64,000 nucleotides of DNA from Oikopleura dioica (Eukaryota > Animalia > Chordata), in NCBI GenBank assembly GCA_907165135.1, contig OU015567.1, forward strand, positions 6,820,001 through 6,884,000. Direction: 5' to 3'. The notes beneath the pieces are model-generated. The model had not been told where the DNA came from, made no database searches, and was given only the letters and a program-made list of their open reading frames with translations. Made by a program: the position numbers and the translations under genes. Shown piece by piece: positions 32,020 through 42,788 of the stretch (its first letter is position 1; every line of letters starts with the position of its first letter).

Positions 32020-34232
32020 ATGCAAGTTTCGACGCATCCAAAAGAACTGACAAGAGAAGCCGTTGAGAATTGGCTTGGAGATTTTAGAAAGCAATTGGAA
32101 AGAACAACGAGCAGAGATGATTTGGAAAGATTGATTTTGTCTGTTGAGAGGGTGGAATTTAAAAATTATCGTTTTGCTGATTGGCATGTTGTTGTTTTTG
32201 ACAATGAAAAAGGAAAAGTTTATGATTTAGACGGTTTCGCAGAAGAATGGACAATAACTGCATTTCAAAAAACGATCCTCGACAAGAATACAAATTTTGT
32301 AAAACCATCAATTCAACGATCAAAATTGAAAGAAGAAACTGGGAAATGGATTCTTGATCAATATCTTCAGCAGAAAGTAATTGCGGCCGGTGGAGAAGCG
32401 ATTGTTTTGGAAGAAAAAATTGGAGAATTGGATGTGGCTGTTCGGGTTCAGGCCTTTGATCCGGCGCTGTTTACGGATAAAGAGGAGGAGTTGGAGTTTG
32501 AAATTCATCTCTCAAAAGGTAGATTTGCTCGTTTTCTATTCTATCTTTCGAACTTTCAGAATACCAAATCGCTGAAGATAGGGAAAATGATCGAGCCAAT
32601 GTTATTCCAATTCATCAAAATGTTATAAAAAATTTCGTCAATGTCGAGATTTTCCCCAGCAATGATGAAAAGAGAGAAGATTGCATAGGATGGATAACAA
32701 TAATGGAGAAATGCGAGTTCGAATTGAGACACAGATTGAAAAATGAAGATTTGAACTTAGAAGAAAGAAAGAAAATCGCGATCGAAGTTTTAGAGGGAAA
32801 CCAGTATTTGTGGGAAATTGGAATTTTACATTATGACCAGAAGCCAGAAAATATTCTTCTTAAAAATGGAGAAGTTAAATTAATCGATTTCGGGATCGTT
32901 GAAGAATTGACTGGACGAATGAGCTACCGAGAGATGGGATATGTGAGGAGAGGGAGCAAGTATTACAATTGTGAATATTTATGTGAGTTTTTCACTGCAG
33001 TTTTTTTTTTATTATCTTTTCCGCAGATGCCGGATCCCCCGCTTTTTCGGAAAGTGTACAACTTTCTGTCGGAGTCGGAGGAAATGCATCACCAACTCAC
33101 ATTTTCATACTTTGCGACTGGAAAACAGCTTGGAGTCTTCTATTCAAGCCGATCGAAGAAAACGAAAGAATAAAAATTAAAGAAGAATTAAAGGTGACAT
33201 TCACGTGATAATGATTTTACTATATTTTTATACCTTCGATCTTTAAGGTGTCAAATGCTGAGTGGCTCTCAAACGATGACCCGTCTTTCGAACAAATCCA
33301 AAAACTGACAAGAATAATTTCTTTAAAAAGCGCGTCTTCTGATTTTTGCCTGGACGATCCAAATTTGACGAAGTCTTTGGCAATGGCCTATCTCAAACCA
33401 AAACTCTCGAAACATATCAATTTTGACTTCAAAAATGTGTCGAAGAATGTTTTAAATCAGAAAGAAAGCGATCTGTGTGTCCCCATTTCAGTCAGTACGC
33501 TGTTGAGATGGGCGATCAAAAATGATTTAATAACTCATCATTTCGATTATTTTGAAATGAGAGCATATTTTTCTCTCGTAAAAATATTCACGATACTGAC
33601 AATGATAATTTATCCGCGCAGTCTGGCTGGATTCAATCTCAATCCAAAGAATGAAGAACAAGAATTTCAAGAAAACGAAATTGATTTGCTTCTCAAAAGA
33701 ATCAAACTCAGAACTTATTTGAATAAAAGCGGATGGGAAATGGTAAAAGGTCTCGATACAGATGAAGCCACAACAGGGGCGTTCGATTTTGAAGAAGGTA
33801 AAAATTCGATTGAAAATATTTTTCTTTTTCAAATTAATATTTTTCATGAAAATTTTAATTTGACAATGATTTTAAGTCTTTCTTCATCCCAAATACATGT
33901 TTACTCGCCCCTTTACTGTCACTGGCGCTTATCTTCATCCGGACGGATTGATAATTTTCCACCAAATGGTGGTCGACCGAGTCGAAAACTCCGAATTCAT
34001 TCTCCAAAACACACTTGTCGAGCATTCCGGCTCTGAAATCAGAATTCCCCTTTCGAGAGAATTTTACGCTTCCTACGAGACGATAGAAGATTGCTACAAT
34101 TGCTTCAATGATTTCGTCTACCATGGGCCTAACAACGAGTCGATTGCAATAGTGAACGAGCATTTCAATATGGAAACAGCCAAATGGTATCTCCTGCCTC
34201 AAGCATATTCCATTACTCTTATTCCAGAATAA
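32020..34232 (+). CDS. Kinase-papain-like protease fusion, paralogue B (apparently intact)
   Basis: VIAAGGEAIVL, VAVRV, HQNVI, GWITIMEKC, HYDQKPENILL, LIDFG, AGSPAF; then NQKESDLCVPIS … FHQMVVDRVENSEFILQNT. Colinear with paralogue A, with equivalent intron positions. Confidence 0.82.
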
Positions 34233-35633
34233 ACATAACAAAGAATTTTGCGGATAAAATCTAAGCATAGAAGGAAATTTTTGATTTGAAAGAAAAGTAA
34301 AATAAGGAGATCCTGTTTTCATCAAAATTGAAGCTTCAACTGGTCTTCTTAACAACAAATGACTTGAACTTCAGGTCTTGAAAAATGATGTGGCTACAGT
34401 AAGTTACATTTGTAACTTTAGTGTCTTGTACCATAAGGTTGGTGTTGGGGGACTGGGAAGTGATGGGAATAGCCTGTAGGCGAGACGGTGGTGTGGTGGC
34501 GTCGTTGAATGAGCTTCTTGTCGTTGATCGGCCTCGGGAACGTTGCGGGAACCGAGAACGCCAAAAAGCGACGAATTCTGTCGATCAAGGACAAAACGCC
34601 ACTAATTGCGGACATTGACTAGACCCAATCAGACAACCGCGAAGCCTCAGGGGCGCGCTTAGACCCCGCTAGAACCCGGAAAGGGAGAGAACAGACATTA
34701 GAAAGAAGAGAATATCGAGAAAAGAAGAAACAGAGAGAAAAGAGTCGAAGTCGAAGATGAAGATTTCTATAGCAGCACTGTTTTCGGTGATCAGGAAGGG
34801 GGATCATCTGTTCGATTCTGTAGAAGAATTAAAACTTAGAATAACTTTCTTTACTTTTTTTAAGAAAAAAAAGATTTCTGGGCAATCAATTATTTCGTAA
34901 TAATAATATTGATAATAATTAAATGGACTGAATTCATTTGAAAAATATTTAAAAAAAATTATAAAATAATTTAATAAAATAATTAATTAAAAAAATAATA
35001 AAATAATGAAAAATTTTATTTTATTTTTACAAGTCTTTCTTAGTCAAATTATTAATTTTACCTTTAATTAAACTGTTTAATTTTATTTATTGTCAATATT
35101 TTTTAATCGAATTTGTACAGGGAAGTGTCTCTTATGCCCGAAATTCAAATCGATGGGTTCTAAAGAGGGTGTGCAGTAGAAGAGAAAGTAATAGCAGCGT
35201 GTAGTTCCAAGTGGTTAGAAGTGTTTAGGTTGACCCCTGCCCAGTGCAGATACAAGACTCTACACAAAATACCAAGTACCGCCGTACTGCGGAGTTCCCA
35301 AGTATGAACCAAACAAGGAGCTTTTCGCCAATCTACCAGGTGAAAAAGTTGAAGAAAACGAAAAGACTTGAATTGAGGAACTCCTAAATTCAACCAAACG
35401 AGCTAGTGAGTAGGTAGTAGTACTTTAAAAATTCCATGAAATTGCGCCTTAAATTCCATTTGGGGTCAAAACGGGCAAATTCGAAATCAAAACAGCCCCA
35501 ACCCTGCTGTATAAATAGCTTTAGAAGGAGCGTTGCGTAATAATGAAATGAATGAAATGCAAAAGAAACACTCTGTAGAAGTAGCAGCACTAACATCACT
35601 TCAGTACGAAGCCAGCACTCGCTGATACAGGAG

Positions 35634-38275
35634 ATGACGCTAAGATACGAAGAACTCAAAACACAAGCAGAAACTAAAATCGCCGAAGCTCCAGCAAATC
35701 CGAGTTGGCTGAACAGCGAAAAGTGCGATCCAGAAGCTGGAAATTGCGCACCACAGTATCAGTCCATGCCAATCTCCGGCAAACCGTCTTTTGGAAGGCC
35801 CATTCCCGGAGGATACAGTAAGATCCGAAGATTTGGAAGATCAGCAGATGATGAGCACATGAGCCCAAACACTGTCAACAACTGGATCGGAAAGCAAGAT
35901 TTCGAAGTGATTGGAGAATACCTCCAGCGACTCAATCGTCTCGCTTACCAAAACAACAGCTTCGATCCAAACGTTCAGCAAGCGAATAAGAGTCCTTACG
36001 TCAACAACATCGGCACGAGGATCATCGGCGGTCAAGCTGCAAAAGAACATAGTTGGCCTTGGCAAGCGCACTTGAACATCTGCGGTCAGTGGTACAACGG
36101 CAAGAACGTCTGCCAAGTCTGCGGCGCCACACTCGTCTCGCCCAAGCATCTCGTCACGGCTGCCCACTGCGTGCCCGAAATCCACACTTCTTCTTCCGTG
36201 ATGCTTGGCTCCAACTCGAAATTCGAGGGAGGCAACATCGTTCTTCTCAGGTCGAAGAAGCGCGTCAAGTACGTTGCTGTCAGCCATTTTATCAGACATC
36301 ATAATTGGAACAAGCCAGAGCCTTACAACAATGATATCGCCATTGTCGTAATGGAAGACGAAGTCGAATTCACTGATAAGGTTTCTCCTATGTGTCTTCC
36401 TAAAGGAACAGGGTTGAAACAAGATTAACTGAATTCAGAGCATGATATTTTTCGATAAAGAGCCGACCCTAAATGAACCTGAAAATGATAGTTTTTCTTT
36501 TCAACCCAGGCGAAAGAGTCCGTTTGTTTTTCGGAAGGCACTCCTTGCGTGGCAACCGGATGGGGCCGAATCGATTCTCAAACCAACTCCTTCCCCGACA
36601 TGCTCCAGGAAGTCGCTGTCAAGGTAACTGCTCCGCAAGTTATTGTCACATTAAATAAACTCGAACAACCAAGATCATCGATCGCGAGCGATGCAAGCAG
36701 TTCCACGGTTACGATACAGTAACGGAGAATATGATCTGCGCTGGCTATGAAAACGGAGGGCGAGATTCGTGCTCTGGTGATTCTGGTGGACCCCTGGTTT
36801 GCCGACCTGGACCAGTGGGAACGCCATGGGTTCTGTATGGCATCATTTCTTGGGGACACGGCTGCGCTAGAAAAGGATCGCCAGGTGTTTACACGAATGT
36901 TCCGAAGATGATCGACTGGGTGAAAGAAAAGACCGGCTTGAAGCCTACTTATTCGATGGAAGAATGCTACTCCGAATCAATCAGAGAAAATAAACAAGTC
37001 AATCAAGCAGGAACCGATCTTAAACGACCATACGGAGAGTTGAACTGCGACTCGCCAAATGGCAACGGAGTGTTTCAAACCGACAGCGGAGTCTTCAAAA
37101 CTGCTAATTACCCGAAAAACTATCCGAAAAACCAAGTCTGTTCTTTTTGCGTCAAGCCAGCTCGCTCTGGCGGTTTTGTACAAATTGACGTCAACGAAAT
37201 CCAGTTGGACAGCAAGAAGAGCTGCGAGAAGAGAGGCGACTACTTACTAGTCGAACCAAAGGACAAAGAAGCGTACTACTTGTGTCACGTGAGAAGATCG
37301 AAGGACTATGTTCATACGATCATCAACTCTGGGCCTATTTGCTTGAGATTCGTTTCCAATGGCGAAGTCGAACGGTAAGAAAGATTTTTTTTCATCATTG
37401 AAAATTTTAAAGCGTTTTAAATTCGAGCTTCATTTTTATCAAAAAATCTTTCTCAAACTTAATTTTCAGCAGTGACCAAAACGGGGAAAGGACATTTAGC
37501 AATAGGTAAAAATCGAAATCCCGGCTAGAATCCCACAAAATGCCAATTTTTGGGAGCAATTAACACACACATCGTCATCTCATTACTAGATCGATTTGTT
37601 TTTTGCCGAAAGCTCGAAATCACAGATTAATCTTATTTTGAGCGTAGTTACGTCCACGGGCATTTTAACAAATTTACTTTCAGCGCTGGTCTGAACGCAG
37701 TTTACAAGCAAATCGACTCTCCACCAAGTCGTTGCGGCGGTGATATGGTTCAATCTCTCAATTTGGACAACCCAGAAGTGAGAATTACCTCCCTCGATTA
37801 TCCGGAAAAATACCTCGATAGATCAAGATCCAGGTAAAATTTCGACCACGAGCGATCCATTCTCATGCTTTTCTAGCTGCGCCTGGTTGATTAAGGTCCC
37901 CGATCACGTGAAAAAGCAAGGCTACAGAGTTCGACTCGACTTTAGCGTCCTCCAACTCGAGAAAAACAAGTTCAACGAAGTTTTCTGCGACAAATCGGAT
38001 ACGATTACGATTTATGCATCGAACACATGCGAGGAACGGTTCTTGAAACATCCTTTTTGATGATTTCATCGTTGATTTTCTTTTCAAAAACCACGAAAAA
38101 GCGCGAGTCAATGGCATCCGCGAAGATTCTCTACGAGCTGTGCGGCTTCTACCGGCCCAAGTATGTGCCGTACCTGGACATCAACTCGGCCTCGTTTTGC
38201 ATATTTTTCAACATCAACGGCGACACTTCAAAGAACGGCGCCGGCTTCGACGCCAAGGTCAAGCTCATCAAGTGA
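35634..38275 (+). CDS. Trypsin-family serine protease followed by two CUB domains (ovochymase-like architecture); 5' end unresolved
   Basis: R|[35 protein letters not shown]1: [18 protein letters not shown]…[11 protein letters not shown]2: [10 protein letters not shown]…CAWLI…NGAGFDAKV*. Confidence 0.88.
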
Positions 38276-39018
38276 TCGCAAGCAGCGGATCAAGTGAACG
38301 ACGACTAAACCTCAGCCTTGTCATGAACAAAAAAATACCCAGAATAGCCCAATTTTACAATTCTCCCGAGTTTTTCCGCGTAGTTTCATAACAAGGTGAT
38401 TATAACAGCTAAATCCCAAGCATTGAAATATCCTTGCCAGTGTTAAAAATCAAGAAAAATGTTGTTCATTTTTAAATTTTCATTTTTCAATGTTCGAATT
38501 TCAAAAAATTCGAAACTTTCGAAAGTTCCAAAGTTCTCCTTCAATACTTCTCCCAATCCCCATTTCGCGTCCTTGCTCTATCACCAATTTTTCATCCCTT
38601 GCCGAAACTATTTATATAAAAAAAAGTAAATAAAAATCTGATTGTACTTTTAGTACTAGAATCTCACTCAGTACTGTACATTTTTTCACGCCTCTGTATG
38701 ACCATGAAGAAAAATAAACATGTTGGACAGTTGTTTTACTAATTCCTGCGTTTCTCTTTTAGTTTTACTGTATTTTGCTAGAGATAAGAAAAATTAAAAG
38801 TTCAAACTTTGAAAAAAGAAGCCAGATCTAACAGTAAATATTTGAATGAATTCTTGTCTGCGAAGCCGGAACTATTGACCAGAACTATCGTTTTTTTGAA
38901 TTAATCTTGAGCTTAGTCTTGAAGCTTCCTCAAATGACAATAAAGAAATTCCGTCTTTTTTTCTATCTTTATTTGAGTAAAAACTACTGTAGTGTATTTT
39001 GGATACAGTGATGACTTT

Positions 39019-39955
39019 CTAGCGCAGGTCTCTGTGGCGGTAGTAAGCTTCCCATGGAGTTTCAGGAGATTCAGGAGTCTTTTAAGGAATCAGGTTTTTC
39101 ATGGATCGAAAATTGACGAGAAAAGAACTGGCTCAAGTTCAAGGCAGCTGATTCTCTTTATGATTCCTTTCCATGGCGAGTCAGGAGACTGAGGGGATCG
39201 GGGGCTTTCTGGACTCCAAGGGTCCTGAAAATAGGTTTTTTGAGAAGATATCTTGTGAATTTAAGAAGTTTACCGCTGGTGACTCTGGCGAATAGATTCT
39301 TCTTCGCGCGTCTCTTCTAGCTTCGTCGTAGTGAAAATAGTCTGGCGAGTCCATCGAGTCCATCGGGGTCTCAGGAGAGTCCCAAGTTTGTCTCTCGGTT
39401 TTGCGATATTTACCAGCTTTTCCTCCTGCCGCTTGAGAGTCTGGTTGACTGTGATGTCGCTTTTGGTATTTTCCTGAAGCATGGCGCCCATTGGGAGAGT
39501 CGAGATGAGGAGGGGTGTCTTCCATGATTTCAAAACTCTTTTATACTTTTTGTTGTTGAAATTATAATATCAAAATTTTCCTAGATGTGGCGGAGTATCT
39601 AGATCGCCAGGAGTATCAAGATGAGCAGGGGTGTCAAGATGAGCTGGAGTGTCAACAAAGTGTCGTTCCTGCTGCCTCTCGTTTTCACCTTCCATCCGAT
39701 TTCCTGCGCGCTCGTCGTGAGTTCTCGCTTTCTTCTGATGATTCGACCTTCCTCCTTTCGGATTTTGCCTAGCCTGTCTAGTAGGAAGCGTCGTTGTTTG
39801 ATGTTGAGACGCACGAACTGCCGCTCCGAGGGCAACGGAAGCTAGAAAACGCTGTTACGAACTCTTTTCGACTCTTTTTACCTAAAACAGTCGCCAGAAC
39901 CTTCATATGAAAAAGTAATCAAAAAGAACGGAATGGATAACAAGAAGGCCGACAT
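39019..39955 (-). CDS. Secreted low-complexity protein with DTPxHL and SPxSP/TPxxPW repeats
   Basis: Signal-like MSAFLLSIPFFLITFSYEA (ATG 39955), intron 39842-39900, and a GA-AG intron 39519-39580 that joins two DTPPHL repeats in frame. Last exon TPESPETPWEAYYRHRDLR*. Confidence 0.65.
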
Positions 39956-42788
39956 GGCTTCTTTTAAATATGCAGCGCGACAGGAGGTCCCTTCTATTCT
40001 ACTTTCGCTGGTCACCTGAAAGGATTAGCGAATGCACAGGGTTTTCCGCGTGCTTTTTCGAATACACATGCCAAGCCGGTCCAATGCTACTAGTTTGATG
40101 CAACGCATAAAAATGCTCGAGAAATGTAAGATCACGGTCGGTGAATTAATTTTCCCCGAGAATCCGAAAATCCATTTCCACTAAATTCTTTCCTGACAAG
40201 TTGTATTTCCTGCCTTTTCGAATCAAAACGAGCTTTTTTATTTTTGGATTTATTTTATTTTATTTTTGATAATTTTTATTGAGTTTTTTTTCACATTTTT
40301 TCAGACTTTTTCAAAGAAACACAAAAAAAGCTGGGGTGAAAGAATAAGGGGGTGTAAGACGACAAAGTGAGAGTTTTCAAAGTGGGTTTTTTTTAATTTG
40401 TTGTTTAAAATTGAAAATTTGAAATTTGAAATTTTTAGTAATCTAAGAAAATGAAACAAAATGAGATGTTTCTTGAGAGTTTTTTTTAACTTTTATCCTG
40501 ACGATGTTACTAATGTACAGTATTTACACGTCACATTACGTTTTGTTTTGGTTTTTGGTTTGTCGAAGAACAGCGTGAAAATTTCGAGAATGGACGGTGT
40601 GGATTTTTCACTGTAAAATAAGAGAGGTTGAAAACTGGGCAGCCAGGAGGGCTTAGTCTTTTTTTGGTAAGTTTGGGTTGGGTTTTAGTTAGTTGTGGTT
40701 TGACAGGAATGAAATTTCAGACATTTTTTGGACCGGCTGGTTCCTTAAATTATAATTATAGACCTAAATGAGAGCCTCATTTTTTTTATAAATATTGAGC
40801 GGAAAATACCAAAGTTTGAAAATTAAAAGTCCAGCGCCGATAATTCATGGACATTTTCGGCATTTTAATTATCGGCGATATACCCTTAATCACAGACTAG
40901 GGTGCTCGAAAATGAATTTAAGGTGGCATTGAACTTGGGAAATCATGAAAAAAAAAGAAATAAAAAGAAAGAACGAACGAAAAATGAAAAAAAGAGCGAA
41001 AAAAGAAGGAAAGAACGAAATGGTGGTTTTCAAATTTTAAAATTTTGAACGCGCGGTTGTTGAGGGGTTGATCAAAAGAGGGGAGAGGATGCTCCTAGTA
41101 GTAGCGAAAAACGAGAAGCTGGGAGAGAGGTCCCAATGACTGACTTGTTGATTTTCGGTTTGTGGCGCCAACAGAGCGAATTTGAATGTTGCGGGCTCGC
41201 TTCCGATTGGTCGCAATTAAAAGATAGGTAAAAACCAGTTGGTTCAGTAGTGTTATGTACAGTGTACACGGAAGACAGAGACAAAAGATAAAACTGCAAA
41301 AATAGACAAAAAAAAGGGGATGAACTCGTAAAATCCGAACGAGTCGAAAATCGAGCAAGAACGCAAATAGAAAAAAAAACCGCAGTCGATAGTCGCGCCA
41401 ATGGTGTATTGGAATTCCTGGCTAACACAGAATGAAAGAGAGGGATGGAAAGAGAGGGATCGACTTTTTGGTCGTCTAATACAATTCAGTAGAGCGACAT
41501 TTTGCCCGCTCTGCGGTCACATGGCAATTTTCCGTGAGCCTCTTTTTTCAATTTAATCGAGAGCGGCCCGGGCACGATGGATGAAACCTAAGAGGAGGGG
41601 TTTTTTTTCCTAAAGGGCGAACTTGAACTATGTTTCTTCCCTCCCTTTCTTTCTTGTGGCGGCCGCGAGGTGGCATGTCGTTTCTGTGGTAGATCGGAGT
41701 GGACCGTGGTTGAGATTTTTGCGGTCCTGCGCGGTGGCTAAACAACACTTGACCGGAACGGGCGCCTTGGATATTTGGTATTCTAGTACTAGTGCTACCA
41801 GTAGTCCCCGTTCTCTCTTTTTTCGCATCCCCTGGCGAGTAATTATAAGTGGACCCCCTCATTTGACAGTAATCCTAAGGGTGGTACGCCAGGTTTAAAA
41901 AAAAGAGAGCGTGGGAAAAATATTACCAGCACGGATAAACATACAAATCACCCAGGGGGAGGAGGAGTGATTGCAGGGGGAAAGAAATGGACCCTTTTCG
42001 CATTCCGATGCTCAACTAGTAGTACTAGAACGAGTGGTAAGCTAATGTTTACTGCGGCCGCGTAAACAACCCGGATTACGAGCTGGAAAATGATTCGCTT
42101 GGAGCAAAAAAAAGCAAAGATTGTAAGCCGATGTGTGAAAAACTAGGATTTGGGGAGGGATTTAGGGTGTACCAGGCTCAGGTGAAATTTGCGAAACCTA
42201 GTTCTACTTTTTTGCGAAAAATCAAAGACAGGATAAGAGGGAGAAGGTTTTCTTTTCGTGAAAGGAAGAAAATTGACAATTGAAAATTGAGCGCGTTCTA
42301 CACAGAAGCTAGGGAGGGCAAATTTTGTGGCGTTTTTTGATTGGCTGAAAAACCCCCATAAAACCCCACAAAATACGCCCCCCACTAGCAAAGAGAGAGA
42401 AGGACCCCGGGTGAGTGCTTTAGGTTTTTTCTCGTTGATAACAATTATAATAATAATATTTCGAGTTTTAGAGGTCAAGTTTGCTGTACTTACAAGATGT
42501 TTTTGAATTGCACGAGATCAGAAATCGCAGCCCACTTCCGGGGTCTCCCAAGAAATGAATGAACGATCGAATTAATTACAAAAAAGGGTTGAAAAAGAAG
42601 GATTCGAAGGATTCGAAAAAAAAAGAAAAGTTTGGGCGACGGGAAAAGAATCACTCTTTTTTTGGACTCCAGCTGGAGAGAAAAAAGAGGTGGGTTGATG
42701 ACAAGAAAATGTAGTTTTAGACGATACGATTTGAAGTGGAGAAAAATATTTAGAAGGGTTTGTTAGGTATCGCCGGTTGTTTTCTGTT

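Noticed and set aside
34418-34830. Short charged ORFs on both strands between kinase B and the CUB protease
   Set aside because: No consistent splice model or domain could be built.
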